NCBI GenBank assembly: GCA_964016885.1
Contig: OZ024745.1
Span: 87,296,001 to 87,360,000 of the forward strand
Direction of reading: 5' to 3'
From: Eledone cirrhosa
Lineage: Eukaryota
Length of the DNA stretch: 64,000 nucleotides
Positions 41,581-54,552 of this stretch are shown one piece after another; the first letter of the stretch is position 1; every line of letters begins with the position of its first letter. Position numbers and translations under genes: made by a program. Below the pieces are notes generated by a model that saw only the letters and a list, made by a program, of their open reading frames with translations, was not told the DNA's origin and did no database searches.

Positions 41581-42224
41581 ACAGTAATCAACCAATGAAT
41601 TACACAGTTAGAAAAAGAGAGCAAATAATAGGATCAAAAGATAAAAAGAACAACCTTAAAAGAGGAGTGTAAAAGAACAGTTATACGGAGCAGCAGTGTC
41701 TCCTTTCGTTTGAAGAACAAAATGAAAACTCAGAGTCTGTTTTGTTGTTGATTAGTTCTAGATCCTGCTCATGTGTTCATGCTAAAAGGTGTTCCAGTCA
41801 GGATTATGGCAACATATCTTACATTGTATTTAGTTCAATGTTACCCAATGTGTTCTATATTTATGACAGCAGAGTATGATATCAGAGAAAGTTAGTTGCT
41901 AAATCTTGATAGTCTCATAAGGAGAACCATTCAGTGGTTCAAGTATATTTATTCTTTAATGAGATGACCTGGGAGAATGAGAAGTCGATAAACTGATGCC
42001 TCAAATGTTACATTAAACTTTTATAGTTTCAATTACTATTGGTGTCTTATTAAATTGTATTAAATTATTTGGGGATAATATTTCTCAATAAGAACATTTA
42101 TAATGCAACAAACAAATAAATATATACAGAGAATTATATTTATAGAAAATCACCAAAAGTAATGGCAGTTAACTGTAAGAGTAGACATATATATAACAAA
42201 TGTAAAATTGATCCCACCGTATAT

Positions 42225-42835
42225 ATAATAACAGATTAAAGTTCCGCTGCTTTCACCCTTAACGGGATCTTCTGAAACTAACAAAGTCAATCTGTGAACG
42301 CAGAAGTGAATATTTCAAAAAACGTTACAACCGGAGGAGGACAGGAAGACGATACTTTGGTTCGTGGAAACGTTCCCTTTCAAAGAACGGGAAAAACGAA
42401 TATATACTTCATTATTTGGAGCGGTGGATTGGCCGTATCGGTAGAGGGTCGGATGCCATGCTTTCCAGCATAGTTATGTCCCTTTATGGTCTGAGTTCAA
42501 ATCCTGCCGAGGTTAACTTTGCCTTTCATCCTTACGGGGTCGATAAAATAAAGTACCAGTAATGCACTGGATAATTGCTGGCCATGTGCCAAATGTAGAA
42601 ACAATTATTTGGAGCGGTGAAAACTATTACATGCAAAGACAAAACCACGTTTATGGTATAAAAGAAGTCGTAGAATAATATTCTATTAGGTGGTTCATAG
42701 AGACGTTCTCTGGCAATGAACGGAAAAAACGAAGAAAATACGTCATATGTGGTGCGTGGAGAACAATTGCACGCAAAGACAAAACCACGTAAATGGTATA
42801 ACTGAAGTCGTAGACGAGAATTCTAACTAGGAAAC
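42225..42835 (-). mobile_element. Solo copy of the Penelope 3' terminal repeat seen at 43555-44065
   Basis: Colinear homology; the HHR region has a deletion that removes stem III and the cleavage site. Confidence 0.8.
42427..42610 (+). mobile_element. Full-length tRNA-derived SINE with 16-bp target-site duplication
   Basis: A box tggccgtatcgg, B box gagttcaaatcc; attatttggagcggtg occurs at 42411-42426 and 42604-42619. Confidence 0.9.
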
Positions 42836-43432
42836 CGAATGATTCTCGGTTTCAGAGTTAAGAATAAAGTAAATAAAATACAGAGGTAATTGAAATTAAA
42901 TAAATACATACACGCATCCATAAACGTACATACACAAGCATACGCGAAAACACTCGCCACAGGTATACAAATACACGCACGTACACCAAAAAAAAACAAA
43001 AAAACAAACAAACCAGCACGCACTTACAGAACCAACGCAACGCTTGTACCCGCACGCATACGAATGTATACACAAGTACACATAAAAATATATATAAAAT
43101 AAAAAAAGATATACATATATATGTGTGTGTGTGTGCGTGTATACATATAATTAAATAAACGTATATAAATAAATAAATACGTATATAACAAGCGCACGCA
43201 CATACCTAGATGTAAATACACATATGTTCGGAGACGAACGTCAACCAAAACACAAAGTACACATATACACACACCCTACATACGTACGAACCCTCATACT
43301 CACACAAACGCAAAACTCACTTATACACATAACTAAAAGCATATGTACCAGAACGGTTCTTATATCTTTGATATATATTTATCCTTATCGAGCCCTCTTT
43401 GGATTTTAGTCTTCAATTTTATTATTATTACT

Positions 43433-43474
<42 letters not shown>

Positions 43475-43554
43475 ATAATAATAAATTTGAAGACTAAAAT
43501 CCAACGAGGGCTCGATAAGGAAAATATATATCAAATATATAAGAACCGTAGAGC

Positions 43555-45145
43555 AAATATTTATTAAAATAACAAATTAAAGTTTAAGCAAAGAATCGCT
43601 GCTTTCACCCTTAACGGGATCTTCTGAAACTAACAAAGTCAATCTGTAAACGCAGAACTGGATATTTCAAAAAACGTTGCAACCGGAGGAAGACAGGAAG
43701 ACGATACTTTGGTTCGTGGAAACGTTCGCTGGCAAAGAACGGGGAAAAACGAATAATTGTTTCTACTTTAGGCACAAGGCCAGCAATTACCCAGTTCATT
43801 ACTGGTACTTTATTTAATCGAATAATACGTCATTAATAGGAGCGGTGAAAAACAATTACGCGCAAAGACAGAACCACGTTTATGGTATAAAAGAGGTCGT
43901 AGACTAATGTTCTCTTAGGTGGTGCATAGAGACGTTCTCTGGCAATGAACGAAAAAACGAAGATAATAAGTCATATGTGGAGCGTGGAGAACAATAGCAC
44001 GCAAAGACAAAACCACGTAAATGGTATAGCAGAAGTTGTAGACTAAAATTCTAACTAGGAGACCAAAATTCTAACTAGCTTCACAAAACATACGGGTAAT
44101 ATATACTTACCTATGCAAATAAGTAAAGGAATAAACAAAACATATACTTAGCTCCCACATCAAGACGTAAAATATCCACGTATAGATCGTGGTATCCATT
44201 AGGGTATAACGTGGGGCTGTAATACAGGAAAGTTTTGTGCAATTTATGTTTACAAGCCGAAATTGCCTCAGATTTTTTGTTTAAGATGTGGTCTGTGGCG
44301 TAGAGTATTTCCAGGGCCTCAGCGGCGCAGAGGTCACATGGTCTTTTATTTCCGTTATACGATCTAGCCCTAGCTAGGATCTCCCAGTGTAACTTATATT
44401 GGGTGTGGTTGTCTTTTAGACTCCAGATATAAGCTGAAAGTGACGTCATATTCCTTCTTATAGGGTAACGAAAAGAATGAGTATGAATGTAAAGGCGCTG
44501 CTTGAAACTATTGGCGGTTAACCCTATGTAGGCCCTACGGGACGTTGGTGTTACAACCTTACATTTGTAGACAATGTTACTAGAGAGGCATTTCCCTAAT
44601 ATGGGGCAATCAGCCCGATTCCTACAATTACAGTTAGTACTAACTACAGGGTTGTACGTGTTCCTACGGCTAGGTAGTTTAGCTAAATTTGAAGCTGTGA
44701 TGTTATGTGCAAGGTTAGGAGTCGTAGAGTAAGAAATTTTAATAGTATTTCTATTAAAAATTTTACTATATTTATGTGTAGGGGGAAAATGCTTCGTAAT
44801 AAGGGAAAGAAAGATCTTAGCTAATGGTGTGGCCACCTCCATATTATATGGTAGGTTATACCAACAAATGCGACGGGATCTATTTCTTCTAGGTCTATTT
44901 TCGTACTCAGTATAAGCTACCTTATCGACAAATCCACTTCTAGCAAGAGCTTCATTGTAATAAGTGGAATGGTCGTTGAAAATACGCTCGTTTGTGGAAA
45001 GACGGGAAAGCCTCAACGAAACGTTTCTTACCAGGTTCTTGGTTATGCTGGCAGGATGGTTGGAATGCTTACTTATGTAATTAAGCGTATCATTCGGCTT
45101 TCTGCGATTCTTTGCTTAAACTTTAATCTGTTATTTTATTAAATA
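43555..45145 (-). mobile_element. 5'-truncated Penelope-like element (ORF ~44111-45100) with a short inverted terminal copy at ~45103-45145
   Basis: RLSRLSTNERIF, WYNLPY, KHFP, TIKISYS, CNCRNRADCP, IVYKC..AYIGLT..FKQRLY.H, CDLC..E, NKKSE..SACKH. Confidence 0.92.
43581..43631 (-). ncRNA. HHR variant with CAGAAGA (U4A) core in a Penelope pLTR
   Basis: aguuu CAGAAGA uccc-guuaa-gggu GAAA gca-gcgauucuu-ugc UU aaacu; all three stems form. Confidence 0.6.
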
Positions 45146-45888
45146 TATATATATATATATATTAGGTATAGGATTATCCAAGATGTAGTAATGGTTAATT
45201 ACTCCACTGGATATGGTTGACGTACGGTGAGAGGTTACTCCACGAGTTATGGAAGAATTGTTGAAGTACTGCAGGTTATGTAACCTTGAACTCTTTTACA
45301 TATTAAATTCCAAATACAAACTACTTAACGATAGAATTGAACGATCATTATACTGCAACCACAAACTAAAAGCTAAATTCTCTCACTATAAAATAACTTA
45401 ACATTCGAACTCGTAACTATAACATCGCTTTCTAGCTAACCACCTTCTCTTCCCCCACACTACAAGACAATACACTGCTTATCACTATAAATGGTAATTC
45501 AGTGCAATTCGTAGATTACTACTACAAACCCAAAGTTCACTCACCACATAAACTTCGTCTGTCCCCTCTCTACCTCTTTCTCTACATCCATTACACACTC
45601 TCTCTCTCTCTTGCCTTTGGCCTACCTCCCTCTCCACATCTATGAACCTGCCCGCTGGGGCAATAAATAATTCCGACCTTAACTATCAACGCATCACTCC
45701 AAAAGTAACCAGTATAATAAAACCCCTACCATAACATTTTGATTAAGATATCTACAAACCACTCTCTCCTGCTTCTCCAACCCTGCATATCTTTCTCTCT
45801 CTCTCCCCTACTTTTCTCTCTTCCTTTTCTACTCTATCTTCCCCAACAACCCCACATAAGGGTATTTACATTGTACATTTTACCATTC

Positions 45889-46000
45889 TGCTCTGAGGAT
45901 ACAGTGGTCACAGCATTGGATATTTGAGTTCTGCAAATACTTGTAAATTTGCACATAGCATAACTAGGCTGTAGTACCACCGTGGAAACATTTGTAAGCA
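45889..46000 (+). ncRNA. Type I HHR with ~85-nt stem II domain
   Basis: tgct CTGAGGA tac-a-gtggt-c-acagc...gctgt-agt-accac-c-gtg GAAA catttg TA agca, then aataaa and (TA)n. Confidence 0.75.
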
Positions 46001-46047
46001 CACGGAATAAATTACCTTTTTATGATGTCTACCTGTTATTATTCATT

Positions 46048-46098
<51 letters not shown>

Positions 46099-46117
46099 TA
46101 TACACATATATACATAT

Positions 46118-46160
<43 letters not shown>

Positions 46161-46407
46161 CATACATATACACATATATATACACACATACATATATATA
46201 CACATACTTATACACGCACGCACACGCTCTCATGCATACACATGCACACACACATATACGTGTATATATATATATATATATATATATATTCATACGTAAA
46301 CCTATACACACATATATATACACACGTACACACACATATATATACACATATATACATACACATACATATACATACATATACACACATATACACATATATA
46401 CATATAT

Positions 46408-46456
<49 letters not shown>

Positions 46457-46738
46457 GCGTGAAATCAAAGACCTTATCAATTGTGCTGCATCTCTGTTTT
46501 ATGTTCGTATAATAAACTATATATATATATATAATAAAATAACAGGAGGCTGGACTTGTGTAAACCCTTGAAAGGTTTACTATACTATGATCATTTCAAT
46601 GACCGGGTTCCGTATGAATCCGGTGATATCATCAGGGCGACCGACTAAAGTAGAAGATGCTAGATGGTCGGTCGTCCTCTTGTCTATGATTTTCAGCCCC
46701 ATGGATTTTATCTGTTTTTTTCCTTTGTTATATTTCGA

Positions 46739-46796
46739 ATACCTGATGATATCACCAGATTCATACGGAACCCGGTCATTGAAATGATCATAGTAT
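46739..46796 (+). ncRNA. Minimal type I HHR inside an inverted repeat (about 46531-46636 / 46742-46847)
   Basis: atac CTGATGA tatcaccag..ccggtcatt GAAA tgatca TA gtat; palindromic loop TGATCA. The inverted copy at 46582-46636 lacks most of the 5' strand of stem I. Confidence 0.8.
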
Positions 46797-46972
46797 AATA
46801 AACCTTTCAAGGATTTACAAAAGTCCAGCCTCCTGTTATTTTATTATAATAATTAACTCCGTACTCGCACCACCAACTACACAAACGAAGACGGCTGAGC
46901 TGCATTACGTTGAAACAATGTTAAGTTAAAACAATGAAATAAAAATTCAAGTCATTAGAAATATACTTCACT

Positions 46973-47104
46973 GCTTTACGATCGTTTCTAGGTTATGATA
47001 ATACATCGTAACCATACTTCGTTATCGATCTATGTAAGATTAGTTACAAAATATCAGATAAGGAAAATATATACTTACATATATCACCAGCTGTTGTCAA
47101 AAGC
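46973..47104 (-). ncRNA. Type I HHR, U3-A8 core, ~105-nt stem II domain
   Basis: gcuu UUGACAA cag...cua GAAA cgaucg UA aagc; homologous to 4213-4349 (C3-G8 core) and to ~5142-5276 (GAAA mutated to GAUA). Confidence 0.65.
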
Positions 47105-47155
47105 TGGTGATATACATGTAAGTAAATATTTTCCTTATCTAATATGTTGTAACTA

Positions 47156-47264
<109 letters not shown>

Positions 47265-48006
47265 GTATACATACACAGTGCATACATACACATATATATA
47301 TAAACATACATACATATACATACATACACATACAAATACATATATACATACACACATACATATATAAATATAAGTAAATACACAAGTACAGACAAACACA
47401 CATACAGGCACATATATCCAAATATATACATATATCCACATACATATACATACACACATATACATACACACATATATATATATATATATACATATATATA
47501 CATATAAACACATATACACATATACAAACTCACACACACATATATATATATATACACATACATATACATATATATATATATACACACACATATATATAAA
47601 TAAAAACATATATATATATATACTCAAACATATACATATACAGATACATGTATGTGTAAGTGTATATGTGTATATATGTGTGTGTGTACGTGTGTATATA
47701 TATGTGTGTATAGGTGTACGTATGAATATATATATATATACGTATATGTGTATGTGCGTGTGTATGCATGAGAGCGTGTATGTGCGTATATATGTATGTG
47801 TATATATATATGGGTATATGTGTGTATATGTATGTGTATATGAATGTATATATATATGTATATGTGTCTGTATATGTATGTGTATGTGTGTATATGTGTA
47901 TGTATGTGTATATATCTGTATATATGTGTATATATATATCTATATATATATATGTATATATATACAATATATTAATAAATGGAAACTATATTTATAAAAC
48001 CATATT

Positions 48007-48072
48007 TATTTTATTATATATATTTCAAGGGCAACCATGGCAAATTATGGTGCGCTTTCATCAGATAAAATA
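48007..48072 (-). ncRNA. Minimal type I HHR of the same family as 753-815
   Basis: uauuuuau CUGAUGA aagcgcacca-uaauuugcca-ugguugcccuu GAAA uauaua UA auaaaaua; the stem II sequence differs from 753-815 but still pairs. Confidence 0.8.
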
Positions 48073-48989
48073 CAGAATTGTTTTATAAATAAATATTGAC
48101 ATACCCGGAAAAAAGACAACCTTAACGGTTGGAGCTACCTGGATAGTGGAGATAATATTTTATTGAGGGTAATACAAAGTTATGAGTGAGTATGCAAATG
48201 AGTGTTCGAAAAATTTAAAAGATAACGGTTTATTTAAATTAAACTTGGAAGAAGAGGATATATAAGGGAAAGTGAAGAAAAGGAAGGAGAAAGAGAGAAG
48301 AAGAAAGAACGTACGATTATACATAGTGATAGTGAAGATAATCAAAGTGAACGAGGAAATAAATTTTAATGAAAGAATATATAGAACGTAAATATATCTA
48401 AGTGAATGAAGAAGTGAAAGAAGAAATAAGATTAACGTGGAAGAATAATATTCAGACTGTAGGGTTCATTACGTTGTGATCATAATATTTATATGATAAG
48501 TTGAAAATTAAATATTTAAAAATATTATTTAAAATTAAAATTAAAAATTAAAAATCAAAATTAACATTAAAATTTATTTTAATATTAAAAATTTAATTTA
48601 ATATTAATATTAAAATTAAAAATTAAAATTAAAACAGAATTATTTATATTAAGATTTAAGTCATAATATATTGGTTTAGATGTGTGTATGTTATGGATTA
48701 TAAATTATTTAAATGTATAGTATTTTACATTGGAGAAAATCTAGTATAGTTTATTTGATTAAATAAGTTTGGCAAAATTATATTTATTAATAGTTGTAAG
48801 TCAAAACTTAAACATCCAAATAATTCCACATTTACGAAAATTTACGAGAGTTTACAAAGGAATAACTACTTAATTAGATTATAAAAACAGTAAGGAAGTA
48901 TAAAGGATGTTAAAAGTGATATTTTAAGAACTCAAATGACTCCAAGGATACATAAAAAAACTTTAAAAAAAGAAAACAAAATGTTTATG

Positions 48990-49260
48990 AGAAGTCATAA
49001 ATGTTATAAAGTTAAAAAATTTATCTTAAGAATATAATTAAAACATAAACCATATGTTATTTCATAAGAAGTCATAAATTTATCTTAAGAATATAATTAA
49101 AACATAAACCATAGATTATTTTATAAGAAGTCATAAATTTATCTTAAGAATATAATTAAAACATAAACCATAGGTTATTTTATAAGAAGTCATAAATGTT
49201 ATAAAGTTAAAAAAAATTCATCTTAAGAATATAATTAAAACACCATAGGTTATTTCACAT
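48990..49260. repeat. AT-rich minisatellite, ~59-78 bp unit, about 4 copies
   Basis: Repeated agaagtcataaat...atcttaagaatataattaaaacataaaccata. Confidence 0.75.
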
Positions 49261-50472
49261 ATATATAAAAAAACCATACGTTATTCCACATATATATAAA
49301 TATTTGGATATATATTAAAAACGTTTGAAGATATAAAATATTGGAAGATATGAAAATAACGGTTTTTCCATATCTTTCAAAGGAACTTTCAAAAGTTTCA
49401 CCAAGAATTTTCTAAAAGCTTCAGAACGTCTTTTAATGAAAATTTTTCATAAAAGAATTTCAAGTAGTCATATAAAAAGGTTATAAAGTATATTTATGAA
49501 GTAGAGATAATAGAAAGTAAATTAAATATATATGAATCATATATAGATATAATCTGAGGGATGAAGTTGTAGGTGGTTGGATATAGAAAACGTTATGTAA
49601 GGGAGATTAACCATATATTACATTTTATATATATATCTAAAAGTTGTGTTTAAACGATGTTTACAAGAACTAAATAAATTATTACGCAAATTAATAGAGT
49701 TCTTACTTTTTAGTATACATAATATTTCTTCAATGCAAAGGGAGCAATTTTTGGATAGAGCTGTGTATGATGGCGCTTTGGAGATAACTTCCCAAGATAA
49801 AGAATAGTTAATATTCTTGGATTTTAAGTTCCATAATAAGTTGGATAGAGAAGTTGAAGATTTTTTACCCATATTCGTAAAGGAACATCTATGGTTATTG
49901 AAACGAGATTTGAAGTCTGTGAAAGTAGAGCCGACATAGTTAAAGGAATTTTCATTGGTTTTGACATTACAATTGTATACTATATTTTTAACTAAACAGT
50001 TATTATTTAGAGGACAGTTAGATTTATTTCTACAATTACATTTATCTGAATATATATTATTGGGAGAAGTAACATTATATTGGATATTAGCCGTACTAAG
50101 AGTGAGAAATGAAATTTCATTTTTTCCTATATATATATATATATATATATATAGGTATACGAGTTATCGTTTTTAATTACTCTAGTTCATCGAGAACTGT
50201 CTCAGCATGTAATGGTTTTTGGCTCAACACAATGGTTTCTTCGGGAGGGTTCCGCAATCAGTAATCCATGGAGTAGTTACAAATAGATAAAGATTTACAC
50301 AGATTCGTAATACACTGTATAACAGGATATATTTGGGTGTTTGGGAGCCCGTCTGGAAACAGAGAATCTTTACTTTGAACTCTCTGTGTACGCTTACTGC
50401 TACTATTTCTTCCTTTTTTTCCTTCTTTATATCTTCTTTATGTCGTTCTCGTTTAGGTCTTCTATTTTCCCG

Positions 50473-50519
<47 letters not shown>

Positions 50520-51114
50520 GTCAAACGAAAGGGGACATAAACAAAGGGAAGACGGGAACACCTACAAAACGTGCTCCTGGTGTTGAGGATTGTTTTATCC
50601 ACGGGTGTAAAACAACCTCGCAGTCACGTTCCCCGCTTTTGGGGATTTCGATTGTTTTAATTTGTATATAGTTTATTGTTATTAATGTCCCATTTTAGTA
50701 CGTCCTTGTGGCAAAGAAAGAAATATATCTGTCTGTCTGTCTATCCGTCTGTCTATCTATCTGTCTGTCTGTCTATCTATCCATCTGTCTGCCTGTCTGT
50801 ATGTATGTATGTATGTCTGTCTGTCCATACGTCAGTTTGTCTGTCAGTCTATCTGTAAGTCTGTCAGTCTGGTAGACAGACTGACAGACAAATTTCTGTT
50901 TATTTGCCACTAGGGCACAAAAGAAAGGGACATGTACATGGGTGGGGGGAGTTTACATAAAAATCGAGTAAGAAAAATATAACAAACAAAATAATAACAA
51001 GAAGGTCCTCAATAGGGAGGGATCGTTTTGGGGTCACACACACCCCCGAAAAAAAGTGTGCGACCCTTCTCCACGGGAGCACTAAGAGAGGGTGCTCCCT
51101 TCTTTCTGTTCCAC

Positions 51115-54100
51115 CTACAGGCTGAGGTAGAGAGAAGGCCCATTCACACGGGCCATTCTCGCAACTTTCACCCACCTTTCATAAAACTGGCTGGAGTGGA
51201 GCACCTCTCTCTCCATCCTGATCCTTCTTCCGAAATGGTATCGGAAGAAAAGGACCAGTTGTTGGCCGGAGAGAAAGGTGTCCGACCTCAGCCCTTTCAG
51301 ACGCGTCCACCATATAGCCTCTTTTACCATGGCTATTACACAGAGGAAGACCGCCTCTCCTTCATTTTTGAAGGGGGGAGGCGGCTTGATCGTTACAATG
51401 GACTCGGTGGTCAACCTAATTGGTCCCACCCGTGACAGCAGTCGTTCGACATAGCCCCACAAATCGGCAACGCCCGGGCAGTGCACCAATGCGTGCGCGA
51501 CGGTTTCCTCGTCGCGCACGCATCTGGGACAGATCTTTTTCGAGGGGTCCCTACCCGGGCGCCCGTGTCTGTAGAGCTTATCCCGAACGGGCAGAGCCCC
51601 TCGGTAGCACTGCCAGGCCAAGGACATCTGGAAGTTGTCCATAGGTCCCGGGCCGAAAGTCCTACCGAATAGACTGGCCAGTTCGTCCTCCTCCATGCCT
51701 AGGGCTTCTCCGAGGGCGTCGTCGCACCCGCTAACCACCAGCCCTCTATAGAATGACGAGGTGGAGTCTCCGTCGATAGCCGGGTCCGCCTGCCAGAGAG
51801 CCGTGAGCGCCTGGGCACACTCGGTGTGCCAGTCGCCCAGTTTTCTCGGTCTTTGCTTCACCCAGGACTGCAGCTCGGTGAGCGAGACGAGCCTCGGGAA
51901 GGCTCGCCTCACAAACGGGGCCCACACCGGTTGACCGGTGAGGAATACGTGGAGGTGCCTTAGCCTCAATGCGTGTTTACGCATTTTTAGCCACGGCATC
52001 CCCAGCCCTCCTTTCAAAGGGTGTTGACAGCAGATGGATCTCCTCACTAGAGGAGACCTCTTCTTCCAAAGGAAATAAAAGAGGGCGCGCTCCATTTTGG
52101 CGAGGATCTCACCCGGGCAAGGCACGACAGTCAAGCGGTAATAGATGACGGACGCTATGTAAGCGTTCGCCACCTCCGCCCGACCTTTTAGGGATAGTTT
52201 GCACTCGGCCCACTTCTGGGTCAGTGCAAACACCCTATTCGTCACCTCACCCCAGTTTTTCTCCACCTGGAGGTCCGGTCCGAACCAGACCCCAAGCAAC
52301 TTCACCGGGCCCTCCGTCCACCGTCCGACGATACCGTCGCACGACATCGCTTTGCCCCTCCACTCGCCGAGTTGCAAAGCGACTGACTTGTCCCGGTTCA
52401 GCTTAGCCCCTGTCAACCTTTCGTACTCCTCTAGTAAGGTGCCGATTGCCTCGATTTCCGAGGCGGTCGACACCATTACTGTTACGTCATCGGCGTAGGC
52501 CGACACCGCTTTGCGCAATCCCGGTTCCAAAGGAATGCCCTGCAACAACTCCAACTTCCGCAGTAATGGCTCGAGAGTCAACACATACAGAAGGGAGGAG
52601 AGAGGGCACCCCTGTCGGATGGAGCGGGTGATTTCGAACGGCTCCGAAAGGTAGCCGTTCACCTTGACTCTAGAGCAGATGCGGCTGCTGTGCATGGCAG
52701 TGATCCAGCCCCTGAAAACGGGTCCGAACCCAGCCGCCGCTAGCACCGCATCCAGGTAACCATGGTCCACCCTATCGAACGCTTTAGACTGATCTAAATT
52801 TATCAGGGCCCCACCAAAGCCGGGTTCGTTCCCAACCCTCTCTATGATGTATCGCATGAGGTGGAGGTTGTCGTGGATGGACCTGGACGGGATAGCGCAT
52901 GTCTGCGCATCTCCCACCAGGCCCCCCACGACAAGCGCCAACCTCTTCGCTAACACCTTCGCCAAAATCTTTAACTCTGCATTTAGCAGAGTTATGGGCC
53001 TAAAATTACTAATGTCATCCCCCTTGTTCTCGTCCTTCCTCACTAGCGAGACTACGCCCTTGGTCACAGAACAGGGAATTCTCCCGTTCTGTTGCCAGTT
53101 GCAGTAGACCGCCTCGAGGAGATCGGGGAACAAGTCCGGCATATTAATATATAGTTCGTAGGGCAGACCATCGAGTCCTGGAGATTTGCGTTTGCCGCAT
53201 AGGCTCAGCACGTCCCCTATTTCAGCAGCTGAGATCGGCCCGTCGCAGGACCTCGCCTCCCCGTCCGAAAGACGCGGCAGGCCGTCGAGGTATGGACCGA
53301 AATCCACATCTCCAACCGGCTCCCCGCCCCTCCCGAACAATTGGGCAAAGTGCCTTTGAAAGGCCTCGCACATTTGCTTAGGTTCAAGGATCAGCCGTCC
53401 ATCCTGGTCTCGCAAAGACCGGATAGTGGATTTAATCCCACTTTTCGCTTCTGTCACGCGGGCCCAGCTAACAGCTTTGGTCCCCTCGTTTCCCAGAGCA
53501 CGTATTTTGCTTCGGACAACGCAGCCTTCGTGTTTCGCGTCGAAGAACTGGTTCAAGACCGTTCTCGACGCTTGCACTCTGGCCACGTTGCCGCTTCTCA
53601 TTGCCTCTTCAACATTAACTACCAACTCCCTTTCCTTCCTATTTCTATCTGAGGCTAACTCCTTACTAACTCCTATTGAAACTACTCTAATCTCTCTTTT
53701 TAGAGATCCCCACCACCTGTTGTTGACGATGGCGCCCGTCAACTGCTCCTTAACTAAGGTTCTAATCCGGTCCCTGTAAGCTCTACTTGCCGGTAAGGAC
53801 AAGTTGAGCTTCCAGTAACCGGGCCCCTGCCTATGCGTTCTATCAAGGTGGACTACGCAGGTCACTAACTTGTGGTCTGAATAGCCCACCATGAGCATTT
53901 CTGGACAACTTAAAAAGTCCCTATCCTTAATTCTAACTAAGAACCTATCTAGGTACGATCTAGATTGACCACTGTTATTTGACCAGGTCCAGGTTGGTAC
54001 AGTCGGAAAATCTAGTCGGTACCTATCGGCCAGGTCGAATCGGCCGATTAACCCCTTAAGGCTGTTACACCCCCCTCTATCGGGACATGCCCCTACATAG

Positions 54101-54529
54101 TCCCAACGTGCATCTAGGATACCATTCCAGTCCCCTCCCTAGAAAAGTCTCCAGACGATGGAAGAAGTCCGACCGCATTGCCCCAAAAGGGGCGTATACG
54201 GCGACAAGCCTAAAAGCTTCGCCTTCGCCATTGCCAAGGTCCAGAACCACGAGTCGACCCTCCGGGTCCAAGTGTACCGTCTGTGTAGCGAGACCCAGAT
54301 GTTTTTGCAGCAGAACGACAACCCCACCCCCACCTCCGGGCTGACAGAGAGATGCGTGCATCTCAAAGTCATCAAAGGTGGGGGTTAGCTGTCGCATGCT
54401 GCTGATCCGGGCCTCGCAAATAACCATCACATTTACACATTGTGACCTGAGGTCACTTAGAAGTTTAGCTTGCTTCCAAGGTGAGCCCAGGCCACGCGCA
54501 TTTAGACAACCCACTCTTAAGACAGCCAT
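51115..54529 (-). pseudogene. Tx1/L1 ORF2 (APE endonuclease, RT, C-terminal Zn finger) with one frameshift near 54136
   Basis: MAVLRVGCLNARGL, SDHKLV, FRPITLLN, LDQSKAFDRVDH, IRQGCPLS, SAYADDV, CPRC..EETVAHALVHC. Alignment to 61081-61121 shows a 23-bp deletion; restoring it gives 3438 bp in frame. Confidence 0.92.
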
Positions 54530-54552
54530 GTTGGTGGCAAAGAAAGAGGCAC

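Larger units (their letters stand above)
47965..50075 (-). mobile_element. AT-rich Penelope-like 3' fragment (GIY-YIG remnant ~49618-50045, long 3' UTR, pLTR)
   Basis: KCNCRNKSNCPLNNNCLVKNIVYNC..NYVGST..FKSRF..H..LSNLLWNLK..LSWEVI.KAPSY..NCSLCIEE..SCKHR. Confidence 0.8.

Noticed and set aside
42427-42510. tRNA gene
   Set aside because: A and B boxes are present, but there is no cloverleaf and it continues into a repeated SINE body.
50160-50475. Possible 3' end of another L1/Tx1 family ahead of (TCTA)n
   Set aside because: Only a vague peptide resemblance; it cannot be supported without a search.
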